From contig CAZNTG010000003.1 in NCBI GenBank assembly GCA_964575955.1, positions 1-64,000 on the forward strand: a stretch of DNA of 64,000 nucleotides, in the 5' to 3' direction. This DNA comes from an uncultured Thermoproteaceae archaeon. GTDB taxonomy: Archaea; Thermoproteota; Thermoprotei; Thermoproteales; Thermocladiaceae. Under the pieces are notes generated by a model. That model did not search any database. It had not been told where the DNA came from and saw only the letters and a list, made by a program, of their open reading frames with translations. Both the position numbers and the translations under genes were made by a program. Positions 10,300 through 19,268 of the stretch are shown here, piece by piece. Within the stretch, counting starts at the first letter, position 1, and each line of letters begins with the position of its first letter.

Positions 10300-10734
10300 C
10301 TTTCTTAACTTCAAATTCTTTAATTTACTCAACACATCGTTAATATACTTATCAACACTACTCCTAGATATGCCATTAGTTTGTAATATTTTATAAACTT
10401 CATTCATTACAAGTTCATACTTCTTATACTTCTCATTCATAGCTCTCCAAGGAAAATCTCTTAAAATTTTTCCAACATCTTCAAATTTTGGTAAGACATT
10501 TCTATACATTAAGAAGCTTATTATTGGATAGCCAACATATCCTCTAAGCATTGTACCATTATCATCGCTATATGCAACTCTTCTAGATAGATCAACATAT
10601 ACGTGATATATTCTAGACTTATCTGATGAAACTACTTCACATCTATACTCATCTATAGGTCTAACTCTATCTCCATACACTGCAGACAATGCTTCAAGAA
10701 CCTTAATTCGAGGTGGTAATCTTAGAAACTCCAT
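10279..10734 (-). CDS. Conserved archaeal hypothetical protein
   Basis: LRLPPRIKVLEAL...YSDDNGT..RGYVGYPII; codon usage typical of the genome. Confidence 0.75.
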   Translation of the reverse strand: MEFLRLPPRIKVLEALSAVYGDRVRPIDEYRCEVVSSDKSRIYHVYVDLSRRVAYSDDNGTMLRGYVGYPIISFLMYRNVLPKFEDVGKILRDFPWRAMNEKYKKYELVMNEVYKILQTNGISRSSVDKYINDVLSKLKNLKLRKLPHKPI

Positions 10735-10798
10735 AATATGTATAACATCACTGCAGTATATAAGGACAAGCTTACTACTGCAAAGTATTTATAGTATT

Positions 10799-11629
10799 AT
10801 GCAGTACATGACCATGAAGACGAGTACACAGGAACTATCCATGAAGTCTAATGTGACAATTGTGTCATCTCCTCGTGTGGAGTTGTGTAGGGTTTGTGGT
10901 AGTTTGGCGTGTATTTCTAAGATGTTTAATGTTGTGTATAGGCGTGTTGACTATTCTAGAGAGTATTTGGAGGATGTTGAACTTTCAGATAGAGATCTCA
11001 AGATTATTAGAGAGATATTGAGGAGGAGGCATAGTTCTGTACTTGAGTTTATAGATACTCTATGGTTTATAGAGTGTAGTCGTGTAGTTACTCACGAACT
11101 TGTACGTCATAGAATTGCATCATATTGGCAGGAAAGTCAGAGATATTGTCTAGTATCTGGATACCTACTACCGAGATCACTACTCAAAGATGAGAATATT
11201 GTTAGAAAGATATTGGAGATACATGAAACATATATGAAGCTTGTAGAGAAGTGTAGAAGATTTGGTGAAGATGAGAAACAGATCTATAGATACATAATTC
11301 CAAACTGTGCACTTAGTAGAATATTTGTAAAGATGAATCTTAGAGAGATTACTGAAGTTTTCATACCATTGAGAATGTGTAGACGTGCACAGCCAGAGAT
11401 TAGGTATATAGCAATTAGGATGTATATGAAACTTGTAGAGATATTTCCAGAACTTTCAAAATTTACAGGACCTAGATGCGTAATATTTGGAAGATGTCTA
11501 GAATATGGATATGAAAATGAGGAACAATGTAGAAAATGTAGAGAGGCAGGATACATAGAAGCAATACAAGAACACGGAACAGACAAAGAAATAGAAAACA
11601 TAAACGAAATACTGAAAAAACTACCATAA
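10799..11629 (+). CDS. thyX: FAD-dependent thymidylate synthase (true start may be slightly downstream)
   Basis: HSSVLEF, SRVVTHELVRHRIASYWQESQRY ThyX motif, MNLRE, AQPEIR. Confidence 0.93.
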   Translation: MQYMTMKTSTQELSMKSNVTIVSSPRVELCRVCGSLACISKMFNVVYRRVDYSREYLEDVELSDRDLKIIREILRRRHSSVLEFIDTLWFIECSRVVTHELVRHRIASYWQESQRYCLVSGYLLPRSLLKDENIVRKILEIHETYMKLVEKCRRFGEDEKQIYRYIIPNCALSRIFVKMNLREITEVFIPLRMCRRAQPEIRYIAIRMYMKLVEIFPELSKFTGPRCVIFGRCLEYGYENEEQCRKCREAGYIEAIQEHGTDKEIENINEILKKLP

Positions 11630-11636
11630 ACAATAC

Positions 11637-11686
11637 TCAGTCCGCAGGGAAGTTCATCAATACTCAGACATTGGACGGCTCATCAC
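11637..11686 (-). ncRNA. C/D-box guide sRNA
   Basis: Minus strand: GTGATGA GCCGTCCAATGT CTGA gtat TGATGA ACTTCCCTGCGGA CTGA. Confidence 0.9.
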
Positions 11687-11729
11687 TTATAAACTCTATA
11701 TTCTACTTACACATGTTGATTATAGTATT

Positions 11730-11780
11730 ATGATGAGCCCGACCACTACTGACATATCTGATGAGATGCTTTAGGTCTGA
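11730..11780 (+). ncRNA. C/D-box guide sRNA (probable 16S rRNA double guide)
   Basis: ATGATGA GCCCGACCACTA CTGA catatc TGATGA GATGCTTTAGGT CTGA. Confidence 0.92.
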
Positions 11781-13082
11781 CTATTTCAACCTCTTCTGTC
11801 TTTTAATAAGTATGAAGTGTAGTATTGGACAATATTGACCACACATTGTACATGGACCCTCTTCAACTTTTCCAAATTGTGTTAATACTTTCTCAGCTTC
11901 TTCAGGAAATAGAGTATACTTTACAGTATCTTTCAATTTTAACTCAGATCTAAGCTTACTAATTTCAAAATCTTTCCAAGAAACTCTTCTACCAAGCTTA
12001 ACAATATCTGCTATATGTGCAGCAATCTTACTCGCAATTAAACCTTCCTTAACCTGTTCAGGTGTTGGTAAACTTAGATGTTCTGCAGGTGTTAAATAGC
12101 ATAGTAAGTCAGCACCTGCAGCTGCTGCCAATGCTGAACCAACAGCTGCAGCAATATGGTCATATGGTGCAGCTACATCTGTTGGTAGTGGTCCAAGTAC
12201 GTAGTATGGTGCACCTTTAGTAACCTTCTTCATCAACTTAACATCCCACACGATCTCATTTAGAGGTATATGTCCAGGACCTTCAACCATGACTTGAACA
12301 CCTCTCTGTCTTGCTCTCTTTACAAGTCTAGCAACTGTGAGTAGTTCATATATTTGAAATTCGTCATGTGCATCATCTATACATCCAGGTCTTAATGCAT
12401 CTCCAAGACTTATAGTTGCATCATACTGTGCAAATAGTTCAAGTATATAGTCAAAATATTCATACAGTGGATTCTCCCTCTCATGATGAAGCATCCATGC
12501 AACTATAAACTCACCACCTCTACTAACTATAGGTATAACTCTTTCAGATTCTGCAAGTTTTAAAGCTATCTCACGTGTAACACCTGCATGTATTGTCATA
12601 AAATCTACACCATCTTTCAAATGTCTCTCAATAGTATTCAAGAGATCATCAACGGTAAACTCAATTCCAGAACCATACTTTCTATATGCTTCAATAAATG
12701 TTTGATATGTTGGTACTGTTCCGAAAGGTATTCCTGAAGCCTCTTTCATAAGTTCTCTACGAATAAAGTCGAGATCACCACCTGTAGACAAGTCCATTAT
12801 AGTATCTGCACCATACTTAACAGCAATCCTAACTTTTTCACGCTCCATATCTAAATTACACACTCTCGAACTAGTTCCAACATTAACGTTAACCTTTGTT
12901 GTAAGTCCAAGACCAACACCTCTAGGTCTAACACCTTCATGAGAAACATTTCTAATAATTATTACACGACCTGTAGCAATTCTATCTCTAATCTTTTCAG
13001 GACTAACACCCTCCTCCTTAGCAACAATCTTCATCTCCTCTGTAACACTTCCTGATCTTGCAGCCTGTATTAATGTTCCCAT
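11781..13082 (-). CDS. thiC: Phosphomethylpyrimidine synthase
   Basis: TKVNVNVGTS, GADTIMDLSTGG, SRGG, VMVEGPGH, YVLGPL, TPAEHL, CTMCGQYCP. Confidence 0.97.
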   Translation of the reverse strand: MGTLIQAARSGSVTEEMKIVAKEEGVSPEKIRDRIATGRVIIIRNVSHEGVRPRGVGLGLTTKVNVNVGTSSRVCNLDMEREKVRIAVKYGADTIMDLSTGGDLDFIRRELMKEASGIPFGTVPTYQTFIEAYRKYGSGIEFTVDDLLNTIERHLKDGVDFMTIHAGVTREIALKLAESERVIPIVSRGGEFIVAWMLHHERENPLYEYFDYILELFAQYDATISLGDALRPGCIDDAHDEFQIYELLTVARLVKRARQRGVQVMVEGPGHIPLNEIVWDVKLMKKVTKGAPYYVLGPLPTDVAAPYDHIAAAVGSALAAAAGADLLCYLTPAEHLSLPTPEQVKEGLIASKIAAHIADIVKLGRRVSWKDFEISKLRSELKLKDTVKYTLFPEEAEKVLTQFGKVEEGPCTMCGQYCPILHFILIKRQKRLK

Positions 13083-13144
13083 GAATCCTATACCTAGACC
13101 ATATACTATGTGGAGACTATTATGTATTGCTACCTATAGTAGAA

Positions 13145-13450
13145 CTATTCTACACAACTATCTTCTTTAATAAGTTGTTCAAGTTCTCTAAATAGCATAC
13201 ATATCTTCTCAACCTTAGGATCCTTCTCTCTAAGTTTAACAATTCTGATACGTCCAATCTGCTTCTCTTCAATTAAGCCATATCTCTTCAATATTTCAAG
13301 ATGGTATTGAACAACCTTATGATTCAATTCTGTAAGTCTTGTAAGTTTAGTAATGTTGACCTCTTTCAACTCTAGGAGAACCTTTAGAATCTTTAACCTA
13401 GTCTTAGATGAGAGTAATTCCTCAATAGATAATTGTCTAACCTCTCTCAT
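13145..13450 (-). CDS. ArsR-type winged-helix DNA-binding protein, coupled to cdc6
   Basis: LLSSKTRLKIL..L...EVNITKL..LTELNH..VQYHLEIL..YGLIEEK; ATGA overlap with the cdc6 stop. Confidence 0.85.
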   Translation of the reverse strand: MREVRQLSIEELLSSKTRLKILKVLLELKEVNITKLTRLTELNHKVVQYHLEILKRYGLIEEKQIGRIRIVKLREKDPKVEKICMLFRELEQLIKEDSCVE

Positions 13451-14667
13451 GATATCTCCCTCTTAATAAGTTCTTCTAGAAGTCTTTCAAGACCTTCTAG
13501 AGGTTCTGCAGGTATTGAAATACTGATCTCTCTAGATAGTGATATTAACGTTGTTCTACCTCTCATACCCTTACCTGAAAGTCTAGTCTCAACAATACCC
13601 AACTTCTTCAACTCTTTAAGATATTCCCACAGCTGTGTATGTTTTCTAGGTCTCTCACCATACTGTTCACATATCATATTGTAAGTCTCTTCAACATATC
13701 CAAATGGTACATATGCTTGATTTCTCCTACTCTTCAAAGCTTTAACAATAGCTAGTAAGAATAGCTTCTTATGTAATGCCAATCCTTCAAGATACTCAAC
13801 AGGAATCCCAGGTACAGAATGTTTCAATGCTTCACGAACATGTTCTGGATTTATCTTATCAGCACCTTCAAGCTCTGCAAGTTTAGCAGCTTGCCATAGT
13901 ACATCAAGTGCAAATCTTGCATCACCTCTATGACCTTCAGCACCCTTCTCCTCATCTGTACCTGCAACATCAGCAATCATCTCTAAAATATCTTCACTAT
14001 ACGTGCCTTCTCTCAACGCAATCTTAGCTCTCTGCTCTAAAATTACATATATCTGCTCTTTAGTATATGGCTCAAACTCGATCTTAACATTTCCAAGAAG
14101 ACTACGTGCAGACTTGTCTAATCTCTCCATAAATCTTGGATCTTGACTAACAAGAATCATACCAATCCTATACTTACCAGTCTTGTAGTACATCTCTTCA
14201 CTAAACTTTATAAAATCACTCAACTGCTCTTCTTCAACAACATCTGTTAGATGAAATACATCGTCTAGAGTAACTATGGCATATAGATCTCTATCATTCA
14301 TACTCTCTAATAACACCTGCATGAGATCACTCACAGATAGTCCTCTTCTAGGTATAGCAATATTCAACTGTTGTGCAATATCTTTCAAAACTGCGAAGAG
14401 TGTTCTCTTTGAGTAGCAGTATACATGTACATACTTCAATCTTCTAGCTTCACCAACCTGATTAACATATTCACCAAACTTTCTAGCTGTTACTGTCTTT
14501 CCAGTACCTGCCTTACCTATCAAGACGACTTTAGGACATATACTTCCTGGCTCTTCTATAAATTGTGAAAAGTATAGTTGAAGTCTCTTAAGATGATTCT
14601 CTCTGAATGGAAGTTGTTCAGGCATGTACTCTGGTCTAAGAGCTTTCTCGTTTTTGAAGATCTTCAC
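13447..14667 (-). CDS. cdc6: Orc1/Cdc6 replication initiator
   Basis: LRPEYMPEQLPFRE, Walker A GKAGTGKT, Walker B TLDD, GDAR sensor 2, C-terminal winged helix with GMRGRT wing. Confidence 0.96.
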   Translation of the reverse strand: MKIFKNEKALRPEYMPEQLPFRENHLKRLQLYFSQFIEEPGSICPKVVLIGKAGTGKTVTARKFGEYVNQVGEARRLKYVHVYCYSKRTLFAVLKDIAQQLNIAIPRRGLSVSDLMQVLLESMNDRDLYAIVTLDDVFHLTDVVEEEQLSDFIKFSEEMYYKTGKYRIGMILVSQDPRFMERLDKSARSLLGNVKIEFEPYTKEQIYVILEQRAKIALREGTYSEDILEMIADVAGTDEEKGAEGHRGDARFALDVLWQAAKLAELEGADKINPEHVREALKHSVPGIPVEYLEGLALHKKLFLLAIVKALKSRRNQAYVPFGYVEETYNMICEQYGERPRKHTQLWEYLKELKKLGIVETRLSGKGMRGRTTLISLSREISISIPAEPLEGLERLLEELIKREIS

Positions 14668-14750
14668 AATATCTCTAGCCTAGACTCGTATTTAATTAGT
14701 TTACGTTTACTGTTGAAAATTTTCCTACACCAAACCGAAAGTTTCGATTA

Positions 14751-15290
14751 CTAACATGTGTACGGTCTATACATAAGTATGTTCTTATCAGGATGTCCCA
14801 CATATACACCACACAACTCCCCAACCTGCTCAATAAGTATTAGATAATCAGGATCTTCAAAACTAACTTTAAAATTAACAAGACGTTTAAGATATGCACC
14901 AACAATCATCTCAACTCTATGCTCACCTTTCAAACCTCTAAATCTACATCTAACAACAACCTTCTTAGAATTAAACATTTCAATATCAATTCTAGGTAGA
15001 AAATCCTCAATTATTAACACTGCAATATCTTCATAACTTCTAAACTCTCCATAACTAGACCATACTAGAGGTACTACAGATTTAACAATTCTTCTAACAT
15101 GAGCTATAGATAGCATAATTTTTGAAAGATCTATAGAGTTAACTTCATCACTTCTAAACACTATAACTCCAGGATACTTATCAAATATCTGATATGTAGA
15201 TTTTACACCTCTAATAAGGAGTAGATCTGTAATCTCACTAGCATATTTCTTCTCTTGAAATGCATCTACAGTCACTAGTACAGTACCCAT
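14751..15290 (-). CDS. Stand-alone THUMP-domain RNA-binding protein
   Basis: VVRCRFRG..VEMIVGAYL..FKVSFEDPDYLILIEQVG. Confidence 0.75.
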   Translation of the reverse strand: MGTVLVTVDAFQEKKYASEITDLLLIRGVKSTYQIFDKYPGVIVFRSDEVNSIDLSKIMLSIAHVRRIVKSVVPLVWSSYGEFRSYEDIAVLIIEDFLPRIDIEMFNSKKVVVRCRFRGLKGEHRVEMIVGAYLKRLVNFKVSFEDPDYLILIEQVGELCGVYVGHPDKNILMYRPYTC

Positions 15291-15292
15291 AG

Positions 15293-15592
15293 TTAACCAC
15301 CGTGAATATATGCTAATATTACTATTGTAGAATCTTCACATATCTCAGTATCTAGATATTTTAACAACCTAATATCTACATCATTTAGAAATATTACGAT
15401 ATCAGGCATTAGATCATGCTTATCTCTATTCCAAATTCTTCTATAAAGTTCAGGACTTTCAAAATATATCTGCTCTATAACATCTCTAATGGTTGAACAT
15501 TTTCTAACTTTCAGAATAATCTCATCTCTGTTCTTAGAGACTAGGTATTTTAACACTCCTAGAAGCCTTATCTTAACGGTAATGAAGTGCAT
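15293..15592 (-). CDS. Ubiquitin-like MoaD/SAMP/Urm1-type sulfur carrier
   Basis: Beta-grasp pattern, IFLNDVDIRLL..LDT, C-terminal HGG. Confidence 0.9.
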   Translation of the reverse strand: MHFITVKIRLLGVLKYLVSKNRDEIILKVRKCSTIRDVIEQIYFESPELYRRIWNRDKHDLMPDIVIFLNDVDIRLLKYLDTEICEDSTIVILAYIHGG

Positions 15593-16175
15593 AGTGTATA
15601 TACCGCTATACGATATAGCACTACTACGCTTAGATATTTGTCAAGGTTGTAAGATCATATCAACATCTATAGTTGAAGATTCTTTACAAAATCTTGAACA
15701 GTCTAGTGATGAAGATATTGATAATGATAATATTTCAAAAATTGTAAAATTAGCACGTGAAGTAGTTTATGGACATGCAGAACCTATAGAACTACTACCA
15801 TACTTAAACATACCTAACGGATTTAAAGGACTAGTACTCATGTCTATAATGGCAATACCTAGAGGTAGAGTAGCATCATACAGACAAATTGCAGATCTAC
15901 TAGGTACAAGTCCAAGAGTTGTTGGTAGATTACTATCACTAAATCCATATCCTGTAATTGTTCCATGTCATAGAGTTGTTAGAAGTAGTGGAGATATTGG
16001 TGGATATACACCACAGAAGATACATATAAAGAGGAAATTGCTAGAAATTGAAGGTGTGTGTTTTAATCATGATAAAGTTAGAAGATCAGAATTTGTAGAT
16101 TTTGAAACATTAAGATCAAGATTTACACAGATAATTCAAAGATATAGACAATATTCTAAAGATAAAAACTTATAA
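15582..16175 (+). CDS. ogt: Methylated-DNA-protein-cysteine methyltransferase (start uncertain: 15582 ATG or 15594 GTG)
   Basis: IPRGRVASY, PRVVG, NPYPVIVPCHRVV active site, KRKLLEIEG. Confidence 0.9.
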   Translation: MKCIVYIPLYDIALLRLDICQGCKIISTSIVEDSLQNLEQSSDEDIDNDNISKIVKLAREVVYGHAEPIELLPYLNIPNGFKGLVLMSIMAIPRGRVASYRQIADLLGTSPRVVGRLLSLNPYPVIVPCHRVVRSSGDIGGYTPQKIHIKRKLLEIEGVCFNHDKVRRSEFVDFETLRSRFTQIIQRYRQYSKDKNL

Positions 16176-16201
16176 CACCCACAATCTCATACACATGAAG
16201 C

Positions 16202-16465
16202 ATGGTTAGACCAGCATATAGAACAAGATCATTAAGGAGAATCAAGATCAGAACACCTGGAGGAGAATTGAAGGTTCACTACGAGAAGAGATTTAGAAAT
16301 CCACCAAGATGTGCAATATGTGGTAGAGTTCTACAAGGAATGGATGAGAAGAGAATCAAGACAGATCATGAACCAGTAAGATCTGTATCAAGACCATATG
16401 GAGGCTATGTATGTCATGAATGTCTAAGACTAGGATTAAAACTTGCAATTAGACTAAGATCATAA
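16202..16465 (+). CDS. rpl34e: 50S ribosomal protein L34e
   Basis: RTPGG, CAICG, SRPYGGYVCHEC. Confidence 0.97.
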   Translation: MVRPAYRTRSLRRIKIRTPGGELKVHYEKRFRNPPRCAICGRVLQGMDEKRIKTDHEPVRSVSRPYGGYVCHECLRLGLKLAIRLRS

Positions 16466-17007
16466 TGGTAGTAATAGCTGTAAGTGGAGAACCTGCAAGT
16501 GGAAAAACAACAATAGCAAGAAAACTTGCAGAAATATACAACTTGAGATATGTTTCTAATGGAATGTTATTTAGAAAATTAGCAGAGATGAGAGGAATAC
16601 CATTCATAGAATTTCATAAAATTGCAGAAAATGACGAAACTATAGATAAGCAGATAGACTCAATGGCTATAGAAGAAGCAAAGAAGGGTAACGTAGTTAT
16701 TGAAGGTCATCTAGCAGGATGGATACTTAAAGATATTGCAGATATAAAGATCTTCCTAAAAGCAGATATCAACACTAGAGCTAGAAGATTAGCAGAAAGA
16801 GAAGGTAGATCTATAGAAGATGCATTAAGAGAAATTAAGTTTAGAGAAGAGAATAATAGAAGAAGATATTTAAAGATATATGGAATAGATATTAAAGACT
16901 TATCAGTATTTGACATAGTTCTAGACACCACCTATCTAGGAGTAGAAGATGTTTTAGAAATTTTAAAAACATTTATAGATAAGGTAGTTAAGAGAAAGGT
17001 AAAGTAG
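16465..17007 (+). CDS. cmk: Cytidylate kinase
   Basis: SGEPASGKTT, VIEGHLAGW; conserved L34e-cmk-L14e context. Confidence 0.93.
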   Translation: MVVIAVSGEPASGKTTIARKLAEIYNLRYVSNGMLFRKLAEMRGIPFIEFHKIAENDETIDKQIDSMAIEEAKKGNVVIEGHLAGWILKDIADIKIFLKADINTRARRLAEREGRSIEDALREIKFREENNRRRYLKIYGIDIKDLSVFDIVLDTTYLGVEDVLEILKTFIDKVVKRKVK

Positions 17008-17047
17008 CAATCTTTAAAATACCCAAAAAATAACATGTGAAGAGACA

Positions 17048-17356
17048 ATGCCACGAGTATTCGATGTAGGTAGAATATGTGTTAAAATTGCTGGAAGAGA
17101 GGCAGGTAGGAAATGTGTGATAGTAGATATAATCGATCAAAACTTCGTACTAATAACAGGTCCTAAATCACTTACAGGTGTTAAGAGGAGAAGAGTGAAT
17201 ATTAGGCATATAGAACCTACAGAACATAAGATAAACATTCCTAAAGGTGCTAGTGATGAAGAAGTTTTAAAGGCATTAGAGGCAGCTGGATTGATAGACT
17301 ACATGAAGGAGGTTGTAAAACCAAGACTATTCATGGTACCATCACAGAAAGTCTAA
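17048..17356 (+). CDS. rpl14e: 50S ribosomal protein L14e
   Basis: [38 protein letters not shown]. Confidence 0.97.
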   Translation: MPRVFDVGRICVKIAGREAGRKCVIVDIIDQNFVLITGPKSLTGVKRRRVNIRHIEPTEHKINIPKGASDEEVLKALEAAGLIDYMKEVVKPRLFMVPSQKV

Positions 17357-18327
17357 ACTTCTAATCTAACAATCTCTGAACTACTCTTAACGACATACAG
17401 TTCTAATTTATCAACTTTTAAGATATCTTTTAGACATTTTAAAAATATTTCAAGACCTGTGCTTGGTTTAAATATTGAAACTTTATATTGAGCACCTGCA
17501 GCAAATTTATGACCACCACCTCCAAGTCTTTTAGCAATTGGTGTACAGTCGTAAATACTTTCTTTATCAGCTCCACAGTATAGTCTAAATGTTCTAAAAC
17601 CTTTTCTAACTAGTATATTTATAAATTTGACACCTTTCTCCTTTTGTATTTTTATACTTAACTGTCTATAAGATATTTTGAAGTTTTTAGATTTTGGAAA
17701 ATATATTGTTAATACTTCTCTACTAGGTAGTTGCTTAACTATAGTATCTATCAATGCTTCAGCTTCTAATCCTCTTCTAATTGCTTCTGAAATTTCGTAG
17801 TCGTTAAATATATCATCAATACTTTCTCTCCAAGCTAACATTTTAATTATCTTCAACTTTGTTCTATATCCTGAATATCTAACAGCTAGATCTAACATCT
17901 TAGCTTCTCTAGACGTTATATTTGCTGTATCTGTCTCAATTGCTATAGATACTATCTTCTTAACATGTTCATCATTTTCAAGACCTAGCAACTTTGCTGT
18001 AAGTATTGCTGAACATGGAGCATCTGGATCATAACATTCAACCTCTGCACATGGTTGATTAGTTCTATGATGATCAGCACGCATCTTAACTCTACTACCA
18101 GGAGGACATGGTAAATCAGCTATGAAGTCCCATGTAAATAATCTCAAAATTCTAGACTTAGAGACTTGTGCTGGTGCTCTAAGTATGATTGTTGCATTTG
18201 GATACTTTCTTAAGAATATTGCAGCACTAGCAATACCATCTACATCACCTATATCACATAAAGCTACTGGTTTCTTCAAAATTTTTGATATTAAGATTCT
18301 GAACAGGTCAATAAGATTTCTCAACAC
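17353..18327 (-). CDS. DHH/DHHA1-family phosphoesterase
   Basis: [21 protein letters not shown]. Confidence 0.88.
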   Translation of the reverse strand: MLRNLIDLFRILISKILKKPVALCDIGDVDGIASAAIFLRKYPNATIILRAPAQVSKSRILRLFTWDFIADLPCPPGSRVKMRADHHRTNQPCAEVECYDPDAPCSAILTAKLLGLENDEHVKKIVSIAIETDTANITSREAKMLDLAVRYSGYRTKLKIIKMLAWRESIDDIFNDYEISEAIRRGLEAEALIDTIVKQLPSREVLTIYFPKSKNFKISYRQLSIKIQKEKGVKFINILVRKGFRTFRLYCGADKESIYDCTPIAKRLGGGGHKFAAGAQYKVSIFKPSTGLEIFLKCLKDILKVDKLELYVVKSSSEIVRLEV

Positions 18328-18381
18328 TTGAAAAGTAGAACTACATCCCTATTTAAATCATGACACACATATCTAATATGT

Positions 18382-18744
18382 ATGAGTAGTGAAATTCCAG
18401 GTAAGGTATTAGCACTTGTAGATATTAGAGGTCACACAATATACATTGTGAGAGATGAGAATAGCTCGACAGTATACATGTATGAGAGGTGGAGTAGTGA
18501 TGAAGATCTTGTAGAGATTGAACTTGGAAATATAGATGACGATAAGATATATGAAGAACTTACAAATAGGATTGATGAAGAATTGAAACTTCCAAAACCT
18601 GTAAAAGGAAGACTTAAAGCAAAATTGAAGGAGTTGAAACTACCCATAACAATGAGACTTATAGAATCTGGACAAGTAACAATACTAGATATAAAAGGTT
18701 CTAAAGGAAAAGCACAGCTAGTAATTAGATATTCACTACAGTAA
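18382..18744 (+). CDS. Hypothetical protein
   Basis: TATA box upstream, normal codon usage, no recognised motif. Confidence 0.7.
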   Translation: MSSEIPGKVLALVDIRGHTIYIVRDENSSTVYMYERWSSDEDLVEIELGNIDDDKIYEELTNRIDEELKLPKPVKGRLKAKLKELKLPITMRLIESGQVTILDIKGSKGKAQLVIRYSLQ

Positions 18745-18785
18745 AGATAATAAAGATGCTAGACCTATGGCACTGATAAGTCAGC

Positions 18786-19262
18786 ATGTACAATATGTCA
18801 GGTAGAGTTAATTCAATTAAGAACTCATTTATGAGATTATTCTATAGGATTAATGTATGTCCTGATAAGAAGACTTTAGATAAAGCTAAACTTACACTCA
18901 TAATAACAATAATCTTAATAATTATTGTAAATATTCTCACACCACTACAACTATACATGCCAGTGTACGTATATATACTACTTGTATCACTTCTATGTTT
19001 TATACCTATAGTAGTGTTAGCATATATTCAATATGTCTTATGTGGATATATTACAATTGACTGTATTCGTATTAGAAATTTTAAGATAAATTTAGATAAT
19101 ATTACAATGATAATCTTAAATTTAGAGAAGGGGATTGTTGAAATTTGGTTTAAAGATGGTAAAAGGTTAGAATTTGTAACATCTCTACTAGCTCGTAGTG
19201 GTGTTATTGATGTATTGAAGAGATACTTTGAGGCACGTGGTATACAGTTTATAGTTGTGTAA
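18786..19262 (+). CDS. Two-TM membrane protein with small C-terminal soluble domain
   Basis: Two hydrophobic segments followed by a beta-rich C-terminus. Confidence 0.65.
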   Translation: MYNMSGRVNSIKNSFMRLFYRINVCPDKKTLDKAKLTLIITIILIIIVNILTPLQLYMPVYVYILLVSLLCFIPIVVLAYIQYVLCGYITIDCIRIRNFKINLDNITMIILNLEKGIVEIWFKDGKRLEFVTSLLARSGVIDVLKRYFEARGIQFIVV

Positions 19263-19268
19263 TAATTC

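Noticed and set aside
13083-13144. TPP riboswitch upstream of thiC
   Set aside because: Only 62 nt of AT-rich intergenic DNA, with no GCTGAGA or CCTGA..GGATAAT-like core.
18745-18790. Possible C/D sRNA ending in GGCACTGA
   Set aside because: No convincing C or C' box at the right spacing.
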